In this document: piece after piece, positions 10,910-21,593 of the stretch | Position numbering within the stretch: position 1 is the stretch's first letter | Layout of the letters: every line of letters begins with the position of its first letter | Origin: Nitrospirota bacterium | GTDB lineage: Bacteria; Nitrospirota; UBA9217 | Assembly (NCBI GenBank): GCA_963737155.1 | Contig: CAVTRN010000001.1 | Coordinates: 256,001 to 320,000 of the forward strand | Direction of reading: 5' to 3' | DNA: 64,000 nt | Program-made: the position numbers and the translations under genes | Notes under the pieces: model-generated | The model's database searches: none | Told to the model about the DNA's origin: nothing | Seen by the model: only the letters and a program-made list of their open reading frames with translations

Positions 10910-12415
10910 ATGACATCTGAGATCATCGTTAACGCCGGTCGCGAAGAAACCCGTGTAGCTCTTCTTGAGAACGCGCTTGTCACTGAAATTTACATAGACC
11001 GGAAGAAGGACCGCGGCATTGCAGGAAACGTATATAAAGGACGGGTCATGAAGGTCCTGCCTGGCATGCAGGCAGCCTTCGTCGATATCGGTCTCGAAAA
11101 ATCGGCCTTTCTCTATGTTGGCGATGTTTTCGACAGCACCTCTGAATACACACCCATGATGGATGACGAGGGACTGGAACTCGAAGTCGAAACAAAGCGC
11201 AAACGTTCACACTCCAACCAAATCGAGGACTTGCTCCAGGAAGGGCAGGAAATTCTCGTCCAGGTCTCGAAAGAGCCGATCAGCACCAAAGGCGCCCGAG
11301 TCACGACCTATATCAGCATCCCCGGCCGATACCTCGTCATGATGCCGGGTGTGAACCACATAGGTGTTTCCCGCCGCATCGAGAACGGCGAAGAGCGGAA
11401 ACGTCTCCGTGAGATCGTGAGCCGTCTCCGGAAGCCGAATACCGGCTACATCATACGGACTGCCAGCCAGGGGAGGAGCGAGGAAGAATTTATCGCGGAC
11501 ATCGAGTTTCTCGGCAGGCTCTGGGAGAACATACACAAAAAAAGGGAGCGAACCTCGGCGCCGGCACTGATGCACAACGAGCTCGATCTCGTTTTCCGCG
11601 TCATCCGCGACGTTTTCACCAGCGATGTGGACAAAATGATCATTGATTCTCCCGATGAATACCAGCGGGTCAGGGAGTTTGTCGACTCATATATCCCCCA
11701 GCTCGGCCGGCGCGTAAAACCCTTCGACGGCGACGATCCGATCTTCGACCATTATGGAGTGGAAATAGAAATATCGAGGGCACTCGGCAGGAAAGTATGG
11801 CTCAAGTCGGGCGGCTACATCATCGTGGACCAGACCGAAGCGCTTACGGCGATCGACGTGAATACGGGCAGGTACGTAGGCAAACGGACGCTCGAGGACA
11901 CGATTTTGAAGACTAACCTCGAGGCCTTGCGCGAGATCGCCTATCAACTCCGCTTGAGAAACATCGGGGGCATCATCATCCTGGACTTCATTGACATGGA
12001 GCGGGAAGATAACCGCCGCAAGGTCTACTCGGCTCTCCAGGAGGCGCTCTCGAGCGACAAGGCGAAGACAACGATCTCTCATATCTCCCCTATTGGCCTC
12101 ATTGAAATGACGCGCAAGCGAATCCGGGAGAGCCTCGGCCGAACCCTGTGCGAACCCTGTCCGTACTGCGACGGCCGCGGATATGTCAAGTCTAGCCGCA
12201 CCGTTTGTTACGAGGTGCTGCGAGAACTGCGGAGAGCATTCACGAACGCGGAGGAAAAAAAAGCGCTGGTCACCGTCAATTCGGTGGTCGCCGACATGCT
12301 GTATGATGAGGAGCGGCAGGGCGTTGAGGAATTGGAAAAGGTATTTCTGAAAAAGATCGTGATCAAGGCGGATCCCAATCTGCATCAGGAGCAGTATGAG
12401 GTGGTGATCGTGTAG
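10910..12415 (+). CDS. rng: Ribonuclease G (Rne/Rng family)
   Basis: ETRVA, GNVYKGRV..VLPGMQAAFVDIG, IDVNTG, DFIDM, CPYCDG Zn link; no long RNase E tail. Confidence 0.93.
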   Translation: MTSEIIVNAGREETRVALLENALVTEIYIDRKKDRGIAGNVYKGRVMKVLPGMQAAFVDIGLEKSAFLYVGDVFDSTSEYTPMMDDEGLELEVETKRKRSHSNQIEDLLQEGQEILVQVSKEPISTKGARVTTYISIPGRYLVMMPGVNHIGVSRRIENGEERKRLREIVSRLRKPNTGYIIRTASQGRSEEEFIADIEFLGRLWENIHKKRERTSAPALMHNELDLVFRVIRDVFTSDVDKMIIDSPDEYQRVREFVDSYIPQLGRRVKPFDGDDPIFDHYGVEIEISRALGRKVWLKSGGYIIVDQTEALTAIDVNTGRYVGKRTLEDTILKTNLEALREIAYQLRLRNIGGIIILDFIDMEREDNRRKVYSALQEALSSDKAKTTISHISPIGLIEMTRKRIRESLGRTLCEPCPYCDGRGYVKSSRTVCYEVLRELRRAFTNAEEKKALVTVNSVVADMLYDEERQGVEELEKVFLKKIVIKADPNLHQEQYEVVIV

Positions 12416-12479
12416 GACGGTATTAATATCCTATACACGAAACAGCGCGCCGTTCGAGCAAGACCACGGACAGCGAACT

Positions 12480-13319
12480 CTACAGTACACAATTGTCAAT
12501 CAGTCTCGTCCGCCCAAGCCGGACGGCAACAAGAATGACAGCACTCTCTTTCATGCTCGCGAGCGGCTCAAGGCTTTCCTGACCGGCTAATTCAACATAG
12601 TCAATCACGATCCCCCGCTCTTCCCGCAGCACAGCGAGAACCTTGTTCTTGACCTTCTCGGGCTCCCTCACTCCAGCCCTGACTAGCCGCTCTGCTGATG
12701 AGAGGGCGCGATGGATTACCGCTGCCGCACGCCGTTCCTCTGGGTTCAGGTAGCTGTTGCGCGAGCTCATGGCGAGACCGTCCTCCTCGCGCACTGTGGG
12801 GAATACGACAATATCCACATCCATGTTCAACCCCGCCACCATGCGTTTGATCACGACGCACTGCTGATAATCCTTCTGCCCGAAAAAAGCCTTATGCGGT
12901 TTTACAATGTTGAAAAGCTTGGCTACAACCGTGGCAACACCGCGAAAGTGACCAGGCCGGATCGCTCCTTCCAGAAGATCAGATATCCCTTCTACCGTCA
13001 CGAACACCGTGGGCTTTGACGGGTACATCTCAGCGGAAGCAGGCATGAACAGGACATCAACGCCCGCTGACTCGCATTTCCGGCGGTCGCCATCCTCGTC
13101 GCGTGGATAGCGGTCAAAATCTTCGGCCGGCCCGAACTGGGCGGGGTTAACAAAGATACTGACCGTGACAACCTCGCACTCCTGCCGTGCTCGCCGTATG
13201 AGCGAAAGGTGGCCCTCATGCAGGAAACCCATAGTGGGGACACACCCGATGGTTCTGCCCTCGTTCCTGATCGAATCGGCCAGAGACTGCATTTCAGAGA
13301 TTCGGGTTATGATGCGCAT
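12480..13319 (-). CDS. panC: Pantoate--beta-alanine ligase
   Basis: PTMGFLHEGH, FVNPAQF, RPGHFRGV, FGQKDYQQ, GLAMSSRN, RLIDN. Confidence 0.97.
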   Translation of the reverse strand: MRIITRISEMQSLADSIRNEGRTIGCVPTMGFLHEGHLSLIRRARQECEVVTVSIFVNPAQFGPAEDFDRYPRDEDGDRRKCESAGVDVLFMPASAEMYPSKPTVFVTVEGISDLLEGAIRPGHFRGVATVVAKLFNIVKPHKAFFGQKDYQQCVVIKRMVAGLNMDVDIVVFPTVREEDGLAMSSRNSYLNPEERRAAAVIHRALSSAERLVRAGVREPEKVKNKVLAVLREERGIVIDYVELAGQESLEPLASMKESAVILVAVRLGRTRLIDNCVL

Positions 13320-13403
13320 AGGCAAAAAAGGGAGCTTCTCGCTTGGCCACGCTCACGATAATGGTTCGATGACACGTAAACAAGGAGATACGGCCGTACG
13401 CTC

Positions 13404-13829
13404 CTACTTACCGAGCAGAGTCGTGAAAGTATCGTGATGGCCTTCTTCCTCCGCGAGAATTTCCTCAAAAAGAAGCCTCGTCGTAGTATCCCCCTCCGAC
13501 GCCGCTTGCTTGATGATTCTCTTGTATAGGTCGATTGCTTCCTCCTCGGCCTTTGCGTCGGTAGCGAGCATCTCCGTCAGTGTCCCACCTACCGTGAGGT
13601 GGGTCGGCTTGGTCGTGGGGACGATGTCGAAGTAGAAAAGCCGCTCGGCGATCTTTTCCGCGTGCTTCATCTCCGTAATCGCGACATCCTCAAATACATC
13701 GGCAATCTCGGCTGATTCAAGCCCTTTTGCCATGACATGCTGCCACATATACTGCACGCTTACCTGAATCTCTCGCGCGATCGCCTGGTTCAACAGGTCC
13801 GTCAGTGTACTGCTCGCTTTCTGTACCAT
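13404..13829 (-). CDS. Short bacterioferritin/ferritin-like di-iron protein
   Basis: Ferroxidase ligand pattern E(REIQ), Y, EMKH, E(AEEEA), EEGH; 141 aa; AAGGGAG RBS. Confidence 0.85.
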   Translation of the reverse strand: MVQKASSTLTDLLNQAIAREIQVSVQYMWQHVMAKGLESAEIADVFEDVAITEMKHAEKIAERLFYFDIVPTTKPTHLTVGGTLTEMLATDAKAEEEAIDLYKRIIKQAASEGDTTTRLLFEEILAEEEGHHDTFTTLLGK

Positions 13830-13950
13830 AGGTTCTCCCTTCGTGATGGAAAATGCACTTCCCCAATTATACGATGAAAATAGTATCAGAAATGCCCGAA
13901 AATGGAAAGCGTTGTCTGCATGCCCAGTTAGGAGCAGAAAAGGTCTCGTT

Positions 13951-14300
13951 TCATGACGCGGGGCCGGTAGATTCCCCTGGTCGTGATAAATTCCCCTTCG
14001 GCCCCTCCGGGTCTTCGGCCTTGCTGATAATAAACTGTTGAATGTGATGACAACTGTTCAAGTCGACTTCCGCGAACTCAACTGCCAGACGCCTGGAACC
14101 GGAATGGTTATTTTCCCCTCTCCTTCAATGGCCACGCGGCTTTAGGAGAGCTGATGCTGCCTGCCGCAGGTGACGTCTCCTCGGTTGAGATGCGAAATCC
14201 GCTCATGCTGATATAATTCCAGAATCGAACTCGATTAACGAGTTTCTACGAGGACATTAACATGTGTTGCAAACAGGATACGCATACCCCCTATCGGTTT
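13951..14300 (-). pseudogene. Decayed PilZ-domain gene remnant
   Basis: Fragments across frames: MRILFATHV, YISMSGFRISTE (14198-14212, DxSxxG-like), VAIEGEGKIT, RRLAVEFAEVDLNSCHHIQQFI..AEDPE (from 14085), separated by stops and frameshifts. Confidence 0.5.
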
Positions 14301-14522
14301 TATTAAGTATAACAGTTGGACTCAGCCAGGGTCAATGGCTCCTCAATTTTTTCCGGCATCCTCCGGGCTCGCAGAACATGGCGAGAAAGGCCTCCTGGGC
14401 AGGATAAACAGGTGCAAGCCTCTGGTTTCGTTTGACATATTGCCGGCTTTCTGGTAAAACTGTACATCTAAGTATATAATAAGAAAATTCAATCTCATTT
14501 GGCGCAAGGAGGCTCCTGTTTT

Positions 14523-15116
14523 ATGAAAAGAATCATTATTGGTCTTATGATCATAGCGATCGGGGTGTCCGGCGCTCTGCAATCGTTCGCCCAGCAATCA
14601 CCAAAAAAATTCACCAAAGGGGAGATTAAAAAAATGTCGGAAACGAGCGCCATAATTGAAACCAAGTTCGGTAACATAACCCTGAAGTTCTTCCCCGATG
14701 TTGCACCGGGGCATGTGCAAAATTTCATCAACCTGGCAAAAAAGGGATTTTACGACGGGACCACGTTCCACCGCGTGATTCCCGGATTCATGATCCAGGG
14801 CGGCGATCCCAATTCGAAGAATCCGGACAAAAGTACCCACGGCATGGGCGGTCCGGGGTACACTATCAAGGCCGAATTTAACAACAAGCCGCATAAACGC
14901 GGAATCCTTTCGATGGCGCGCGCGGCGAATCCCGACAGCGCCGGATCGCAGTTTTTCATCTGCGTGAAGGACTCGCCCTTCCTTGATGGGCAATATACCG
15001 TTTTCGGCGAAGTCGTGAGTGGAATGGATGTCGTGGACAAGATCGTGTCCCAGCCCCGGGACCAGAACGACAATCCCAACGACCGCATTGAGATGAAGGT
15101 CAAAATTTCGGAATAA
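14523..15116 (+). CDS. Cyclophilin-type peptidyl-prolyl isomerase with signal peptide
   Basis: FYDGTTFHRVIPGFMIQGGDP, SAGSQFFI, YTVFGEV; Sec signal ending SFA; AGGAGG RBS; TTGACA-N17-TAAAAC promoter upstream. Confidence 0.95.
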   Translation: MKRIIIGLMIIAIGVSGALQSFAQQSPKKFTKGEIKKMSETSAIIETKFGNITLKFFPDVAPGHVQNFINLAKKGFYDGTTFHRVIPGFMIQGGDPNSKNPDKSTHGMGGPGYTIKAEFNNKPHKRGILSMARAANPDSAGSQFFICVKDSPFLDGQYTVFGEVVSGMDVVDKIVSQPRDQNDNPNDRIEMKVKISE

Positions 15117-15198
15117 ACGGGTCCAAAGGCATGAGACCAGTGTCAAGCAGCTTATATTCCTTTGTCCTCTGCCCGGCCCCCCTACTCTGGAGCTTTAA

Positions 15199-16404
15199 TT
15201 GGCGCAGACAATCAAGAAAATCGTCGTTGCCTATTCCGGCGGGCTAGATACGTCGGTCATCATCACGTGGCTAAAGGAAACCTATGGCTGCGATGTCATC
15301 GCCTTTACCGCCGACATCGGCCAGGGCGAAGAGCTTGAACCACTCCGTGAAAAAGCAATAAAGACCGGTGCAAGCAAGATCTATATCGATGATCTTCGCG
15401 AGGAATTCGTCAGGGACTTTGTATTCCCCATGCTCCGGGCGAATGCAGTGTACGAAGGACGCTATCTCTTGGGGACGTCGATCGCCCGGCCGCTCATTGC
15501 GAAGCGGCAGATCGAGATCGCGATGAAGGAAGGCGCTGATTCGGTTTGCCACGGAGCGACGGGAAAAGGCAATGACCAGGTGCGTTTTGAACTCACCTAT
15601 TTTGCGCTCAATCCGGACGTGAAGATCATCGCCCCCTGGCGCGAATGGACCATGAAGGGACGCGAGGAACTCATCGCCTATGCCGGAAAACGCGGGATCC
15701 CGGTGACGGCAACCAAATCCAAGCCCTATTCCACAGACCGGAACCTGCTTCATATCAGCTATGAAGGCGGCATTCTCGAAGATCCCTGGAGGGAATCGAC
15801 GGACGATATGTACACCATGGCAGTCCCCGTCGAGAAGGCGCCTGATAAAGCTGAGTACGTCGAGATCGCCTATGAGACGGGCAATCCCGTTGCCATCAAC
15901 GGGAAAGGCTTCGGTCCTGCGGATCTCCTGGCTGAAGCAAACCAGATTGCTGGCGCTCATGGCATAGGGCGAGTCGATCTTGTCGAAAACAGGTATGTCG
16001 GCATGAAATCCCGCGGCGTGTACGAAACTCCCGGTGGCGCGCTTTTGCACGCAGCTCATCGCGCCGTCGAGTCAATCACGATGGATCGCGAGGCAATGCA
16101 TTTGAGAGACAGCCTGATCTCACGCTACGCAGAACTCGTGTATTACGGGTACTGGTTCGCGCCCGAGCGATTGATGCTCCAGGCTGCGATCGATGAGTCT
16201 CAGAAAAACGTAACCGGCACGGCGCGGGTAAAACTGTACAAGGGGAACTGCGATACCGTCGGCCGGAAATCTCCGATATCGCTCTATAATCCCGAGCTTG
16301 CCACCTTCGAGGCCGACCGGGTTTATAATCAGAAGGACGCCGAGGGCTTCATCCGTTTAAATGCGCTGCGCCTCCGCATCGAGAGCAAGGTGGCGGCGAA
16401 ATAG
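15199..16404 (+). CDS. argG: Argininosuccinate synthase
   Basis: [33 protein letters not shown]. Confidence 0.98.
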   Translation: MAQTIKKIVVAYSGGLDTSVIITWLKETYGCDVIAFTADIGQGEELEPLREKAIKTGASKIYIDDLREEFVRDFVFPMLRANAVYEGRYLLGTSIARPLIAKRQIEIAMKEGADSVCHGATGKGNDQVRFELTYFALNPDVKIIAPWREWTMKGREELIAYAGKRGIPVTATKSKPYSTDRNLLHISYEGGILEDPWRESTDDMYTMAVPVEKAPDKAEYVEIAYETGNPVAINGKGFGPADLLAEANQIAGAHGIGRVDLVENRYVGMKSRGVYETPGGALLHAAHRAVESITMDREAMHLRDSLISRYAELVYYGYWFAPERLMLQAAIDESQKNVTGTARVKLYKGNCDTVGRKSPISLYNPELATFEADRVYNQKDAEGFIRLNALRLRIESKVAAK

Positions 16405-16457
16405 TTTAACAGCAGAAAGGTTAGCAGTTACCACGGAACGGGGAGCGATTACTCAGA

Positions 16458-17879
16458 ATGGCGAAGAAAACCACGGTAATGAAAAAAGGCAAAAAGGCCG
16501 CAGCGAAAGCAAAGCCATGGGGCGGACGATTCACCGAGGCAACCAACAAACTCGTGGAAAAGTTTACCTCTTCTATCGCCTACGACTGGCGCCTCTATCC
16601 CTATGACATCGCCGGCAGCATGGCACATGCGACGATGCTGGCCAAAACAGGCATCATCACGAAGAAAGAAGCTTCCCAGATCGTCAGGGGCCTGGAAGAG
16701 ATCCTGAGAGAAATCGCCAAAGGGACCTTCTCCTTCAGCGTCGAGCTCGAGGACATCCATATGAACATCGAGAGTCGGCTGATTGAAAAAATTGGCCCCG
16801 TGGGGGGCAAGCTGCACACCGCGCGAAGCCGGAATGACCAGGTGGCCCTTGATATACGCATGTACCTGCGCGATGAGATATCCACGATCCATGATCTTCT
16901 GAAGTCGCTCCAGAAGGTTTTCGTAGACATGGCGGAACGGAACCATGATGTAGTTCTTCCCGGCTATACCCATGTGCAGCGTGCGCAGCCTGTGCTCTTC
17001 GGGCATCACTTGCTGGCTTATTACGAGATGTTCGAACGGGATCGTGGAAGACTCACGGATTGTTTCCGCCGAACGAACATGCTCCCCTTGGGCGCGGGGG
17101 CGCTTGCTGGCACCGTGCTGCCCATCGATCGCCCCTATGTTGCAAAGCAGCTCGGCTTCAGTGGCCTCTGCGAGAACAGCATGGATGCGGTGTCTGATCG
17201 TGATTTCGCGATTGAATTCGTTGCGGCCTGCGCCCAGATCATGATGCACCTCTCGCGCCTGTCCGAGGAGCTCGTTATCTGGTCGTCTTCGGAGTTTGGC
17301 TTCATCACCATCTCCGACGCGTTCACGACCGGCTCGTCAATCATGCCGCAAAAGAAAAATCCCGATGTTGCAGAACTTGTGCGCGGAAAAACCGGAAGGG
17401 TCTACGGAAGTCTCACTGCGCTCCTGACGCTCATGAAGGGACTGCCGCTGGCGTATAACCGCGACATGCAGGAGGACAAGGAGCCGCTCTTTGATACTTC
17501 TGATACCGTCTCCCTTTCCCTCTCGGTGTTTACCGAGATGCTGAAGGACATCACGGTGCACAAGGAAACGATGCACCGGGCCGCAGAGGACGGGTTCATC
17601 ACTGCCACGGACCTGGCCGACTACTTAGTGAAAAAAGGCATGCCTTTCCGCCAGGCCCACGAAACCGTCGGCCGAGCGGTTCTGCACGCTACCAAGTTGG
17701 GATGCGGGCTTGCCAACATGCCATTGGCGGAATATAAAAAGCTCTCACCGCAGATCGGCGAAGACGTGTACACCGCCATATCCGTCGAGGCTTCCGTCGG
17801 GAGAAGGACATCGCTCGGAGGCACCGCACCCCGTAATCTGCATAAACGGGTGGCGGCGCTCAAAAAGAAACTGAAATGA
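16458..17879 (+). CDS. argH: Argininosuccinate lyase
   Basis: [35 protein letters not shown]. Confidence 0.98.
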   Translation: MAKKTTVMKKGKKAAAKAKPWGGRFTEATNKLVEKFTSSIAYDWRLYPYDIAGSMAHATMLAKTGIITKKEASQIVRGLEEILREIAKGTFSFSVELEDIHMNIESRLIEKIGPVGGKLHTARSRNDQVALDIRMYLRDEISTIHDLLKSLQKVFVDMAERNHDVVLPGYTHVQRAQPVLFGHHLLAYYEMFERDRGRLTDCFRRTNMLPLGAGALAGTVLPIDRPYVAKQLGFSGLCENSMDAVSDRDFAIEFVAACAQIMMHLSRLSEELVIWSSSEFGFITISDAFTTGSSIMPQKKNPDVAELVRGKTGRVYGSLTALLTLMKGLPLAYNRDMQEDKEPLFDTSDTVSLSLSVFTEMLKDITVHKETMHRAAEDGFITATDLADYLVKKGMPFRQAHETVGRAVLHATKLGCGLANMPLAEYKKLSPQIGEDVYTAISVEASVGRRTSLGGTAPRNLHKRVAALKKKLK

Positions 17880-19339
17880 CCGCGTATTCACGGCTACGTA
17901 TCGCAGCCAGCCTGGTGCTCATGCTGGCCATCACTGCCGCTTGTGGCTTTAAAACGGCCCCCATCATTCCCCCGAGCCCGAGACCCGAATCGGTCAAGGA
18001 CATTAAAGCAGAAACACGGGGCGCCACCGCGTATTTATCCTGGCCCATACCGGCCCGGAATGTTGAAGGCAAAAGCATAAAACCCGCTGATATCGTGCGG
18101 TTCCGCATCTACCGCGCAGAACTCGGGCGGAGTAAAAGGATGGGCCGCTACCGGCAATACGCTGAAATAAAAATGTCGAACCCCGGACCGGCTACAGTGG
18201 CCAACGGCATTGTAACCTGGAGCGACGAGCATTTAAAATACGGGCAGACCTACGGTTACCTGATCAGAGCAGTGAGCGCGCGCGGGGGCATCAGTCCTCA
18301 GTCAGAAGAGATCCGCCTGCTGCCGCTCCTCCCTCTGGATATTCCGCACGGCGTCGTGGGGGTCGGCCTTGATGGCTATGTCGACCTCACCTGGGCGCCG
18401 GTGACGACATGGCTCGACGGCGAACCTGCCACAGGATTTATCGGATACAATGTCTACCGCGGCACCGACAGAGGCCGCCATGATGAGACGCCGCTGAATA
18501 AAGAGCCGCTGAGGGACGCTGCCTACAAAGACTCGGCGGTCTTGAATAATCATACTTATTATTACATCGTACGATCCGTGGCGAACCCGGTTGCACCGTG
18601 GAACGAAAGCCCGGACTCCGCAGAAACCTCGGCAACGCCCAAGAACCTGATGCCACCTCACAGGCCGACGGGGTTGACTGTGGTTCCGGGAGTGAACCGG
18701 GTCTTCCTGACCTGGATCGATAACAAGGAAGCTGATCTTGCGGGATATTATGTATACCGGTCGACCGGGAGCAGTGAACCATATAAACGGCTGACGGACA
18801 AGATCATCGACCAAACAACGTTTTCCGATGATACGGTCAAGGGCGGCGTCACGTATTATTATGTTGTCACCGCTTTAAATCAAGCAGGGAGCGAAAGCGA
18901 ACCGTCTGTCCGGCTGAAAGCACGTGTTGAAAAAATTTCTGAGCATCCCCGTGTACCTTCCATAGTAAAACCGGCTATCCCGAGGAATGCGACCCCAGGT
19001 TCAGCAGAAACCTCGACAATACCGGGGAACCTGACGCCGCCTCACAGGCCGACGGGATTGACTGTGGTCCCCGGAGTGAACCGGGTCTTCCTGACCTGGA
19101 ACGAAAACAAGGAAGCTGATCTTGCGGGATATTATGTATACCGGTCGACCGGGAGCACTAAGAAATATAAGCGGCTGACGAGCAAGATTATCGACCACGC
19201 AACGTATTCTGATGAGACGGTCGAGAACGACGTCACCTATTATTATTTTGTCACCGCCGTGAATCAAGCGGGAAAAGAAAGCAAGCCGTCTGTCAGGGAA
19301 AAAGTATATGTTGAAAAATTTTCATTGCATAACCGTTAA
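17876..19339 (+). CDS. Lipoprotein with an LptM/YifL-like N-terminal motif and multiple fibronectin type III domains
   Basis: Lipobox TAAC followed by [10 protein letters not shown]; FN3 signatures (LTW, GYxVYR, D..V..G.TY.Y.VTA) four times; sits between argH and lysA. Confidence 0.75.
   Translation: MTAYSRLRIAASLVLMLAITAACGFKTAPIIPPSPRPESVKDIKAETRGATAYLSWPIPARNVEGKSIKPADIVRFRIYRAELGRSKRMGRYRQYAEIKMSNPGPATVANGIVTWSDEHLKYGQTYGYLIRAVSARGGISPQSEEIRLLPLLPLDIPHGVVGVGLDGYVDLTWAPVTTWLDGEPATGFIGYNVYRGTDRGRHDETPLNKEPLRDAAYKDSAVLNNHTYYYIVRSVANPVAPWNESPDSAETSATPKNLMPPHRPTGLTVVPGVNRVFLTWIDNKEADLAGYYVYRSTGSSEPYKRLTDKIIDQTTFSDDTVKGGVTYYYVVTALNQAGSESEPSVRLKARVEKISEHPRVPSIVKPAIPRNATPGSAETSTIPGNLTPPHRPTGLTVVPGVNRVFLTWNENKEADLAGYYVYRSTGSTKKYKRLTSKIIDHATYSDETVENDVTYYYFVTAVNQAGKESKPSVREKVYVEKFSLHNR
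18620..19323 (+). repeat. Intragenic direct repeat of ~320 bp (18620-18939 and 19004-19323, offset 384 nt) encoding a duplicated FN3 domain
   Basis: Long identical runs in both copies, e.g. aacaaggaagctgatcttgcgggatattatgtataccggtcgaccgggagca. Confidence 0.95.
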
Positions 19340-19407
19340 TATCGAAATACCGAACAGAGATCGTTACCCGGTTGCCGCATGCCATTTCCTATGGATCAGG
19401 ATCAACC

Positions 19408-20670
19408 ATGCATGACTTCCAATACAAGAACGGGCAACTTCACTGCGAAGGTGTGTCCGTAAAAGACGTGGCCCAGCGAGTGGGCACACCGTTCTACCTG
19501 TACAGCAGCAATACTTTGACAAATCACTTTCAGGCCTTTAACCGGGCCTTCGACGGGATTCCGCACATCATCTGCTACGCCCTAAAGTCCAACTCGAACA
19601 GCGCAGTGCTTCGGGCGCTCGTGGGGGAGGGAGCAGGCGCGGACATTGTGTCGGGAGGGGAGTTGTACCGCGCGCTTCGGGCCGGGATAGACCCCAAGAA
19701 GATCGTATACGCCGGCGTGGGCAAACGGCGGGACGAAATCGAATATGCTCTCAAGATTGGGATTCTCATGTTCAACGTCGAGTCCGGTGACGAGCTTCGG
19801 GCACTGGATCGGGCCGCGGGCGAGATGCACGCTACGGCCAGGATTGCGCTCCGCGTCAACCCCAACATCGATCCCAGAACTCATGAGTATATTTCAACCG
19901 GTCTTAAGGAAAACAAGTTCGGAATCCCCATCGAGCGGGCACTGGAGTACTACCAATTGGCACAGTCCCTGCCGAACATCGAGATTATCGGCGTACATCA
20001 GCATATCGGCTCCCAGATCACCGAAATCCAACCCTTCGTGGATGCTTTGGAGAAAGTGATCGCGTTCGTAAAAGATCTTCGGGCTGCCGGTATCGGCATC
20101 CAGTATATTGATATCGGTGGTGGACTCGGCATAACGTACAAGGATGAAACACCTCCGCTTCCCCGGGAACTCGCGCAGGCTGTGCAGCCGTTGTTACAGG
20201 AATGCGGCTGCACGCTGGTGCTGGAACCCGGCAGGGCGATCGTTGGCAATGCGGGCATCCTCGTTACCAGCGCCATGTACCATAAGGACAGCGGGGAAAA
20301 GAAGTTTCTGATCGTGGACGCAGGGATGAACGACTTGATCCGGCCCAGCCTGTACGAAGCTTATCACGATATCCGACCGGTTGTGAAGCCCACTTCCGCG
20401 GAGAAGGCGGTATTCGATGTCGTCGGACCGATCTGTGAATCGGGAGATTTCCTCGCAAAAGACCGCGAATTGCCCCTGGTACAGCAGGGAGATCTTCTTG
20501 CCGTGATGAGCGCAGGCGCATATGGATTTTCCATGTCGTCAAATTATAATTCCCGCCCGCGTGCTGCGGAGGTTTTAGTAAAGGGAAGCGAATATTGCAT
20601 CGTCCGGGAGCGCGAGACCTACATCGATCTTGTCAAAGGCGAAAAGATCCCGCAGTGGCTTGAAGGATAG
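19408..20670 (+). CDS. lysA: Diaminopimelate decarboxylase
   Basis: YALKSN (PLP Lys), HIGSQ, DIGGG, EPGR, GPICESGD, GAYG..MSSNYN. Confidence 0.97.
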   Translation: MHDFQYKNGQLHCEGVSVKDVAQRVGTPFYLYSSNTLTNHFQAFNRAFDGIPHIICYALKSNSNSAVLRALVGEGAGADIVSGGELYRALRAGIDPKKIVYAGVGKRRDEIEYALKIGILMFNVESGDELRALDRAAGEMHATARIALRVNPNIDPRTHEYISTGLKENKFGIPIERALEYYQLAQSLPNIEIIGVHQHIGSQITEIQPFVDALEKVIAFVKDLRAAGIGIQYIDIGGGLGITYKDETPPLPRELAQAVQPLLQECGCTLVLEPGRAIVGNAGILVTSAMYHKDSGEKKFLIVDAGMNDLIRPSLYEAYHDIRPVVKPTSAEKAVFDVVGPICESGDFLAKDRELPLVQQGDLLAVMSAGAYGFSMSSNYNSRPRAAEVLVKGSEYCIVRERETYIDLVKGEKIPQWLEG

Positions 20671-20696
20671 CATCGGGGAGGCATGGCAATCTTCCT

Positions 20697-21509
20697 ATGA
20701 AAAAGGTACCTTTTTACAAAATGCAGGGAAGCGGGAATGATTTTCTGTTGATCGACAACCGTCGGGGAATCCTGAAAGGGAAGAATCTAAAGAAGCTCGC
20801 GATCACCCTCTGTCACCGGCGCTATTCGGTCGGCGCCGACGGTTTAATCGTGATAGTCCCCTCCAGGAAAGCCGATTTCAAGTGGCGTTTTTTCAATGCC
20901 GACGGAAGTGAGGCGGAGATGTGCGGCAATGGTTCGCGTTGCGCCGCTCGTTTCGCGTATCTTAAAAAAATAGCGAAAAAGAACCTGTCTTTTGAAACGC
21001 TCTCGGGTATCATCCGCGCCGAGGTGCGAAAAAATGTCGTTGAAGTCCAGCTCACGGGCGCCTCGGGTCTGCGCATGAACATCGCGGTTCCGCTCGACAG
21101 CGGCCTGCGCATGGGTCACTATATCAATACGGGCGTGCCGCACCTCGTCTATCTTTCGAAGAACCTCGAAAGCGAGGATGTAGACCGCATCGGGAGGACC
21201 ACCCGCTTCCACGATTTATTCAAGCCAGCCGGCACTAACGTAAATTTTCTCCAGATCCGGGACAGGCATACGATACGAATACGGACGTACGAACGTGGCG
21301 TAGAGGGCGAAACGCTTGCTTGCGGCACTGGCTCCGTTGCCGCCGCGCTCGTGGCTGGCGCGCTAGGTGCGGTTGTCTCTCCCGTCGATGTGCTGACCTG
21401 GGGGGGCGAAAAGCTTGTCATTTCCTTCGAGCGGACTGCGGAAGGGTTCGGCAATATCCACCTTGCGGGAACGGCCGAGGTGATCTGCGAAGGAGTGGTT
21501 TATCTTTAG
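20697..21509 (+). CDS. dapF: Diaminopimelate epimerase
   Basis: GSGNDF, NADGSEAEMCGNG, ERGV..ETLACGTG. Confidence 0.97.
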   Translation: MKKVPFYKMQGSGNDFLLIDNRRGILKGKNLKKLAITLCHRRYSVGADGLIVIVPSRKADFKWRFFNADGSEAEMCGNGSRCAARFAYLKKIAKKNLSFETLSGIIRAEVRKNVVEVQLTGASGLRMNIAVPLDSGLRMGHYINTGVPHLVYLSKNLESEDVDRIGRTTRFHDLFKPAGTNVNFLQIRDRHTIRIRTYERGVEGETLACGTGSVAAALVAGALGAVVSPVDVLTWGGEKLVISFERTAEGFGNIHLAGTAEVICEGVVYL

Positions 21510-21593
21510 TTTCGGGCTTCGGATTGCGGGTTGAGCGGATGCAACTTAAATCCCGAGACTCGCGGTTCATCAACTGTTTTTAAGGGAGGCTGT

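Noticed and set aside
21510-21570. Imperfect palindromic REP-like spacer between dapF and dapA
   Set aside because: Single degenerate copy in the window, so a repeat family cannot be shown.
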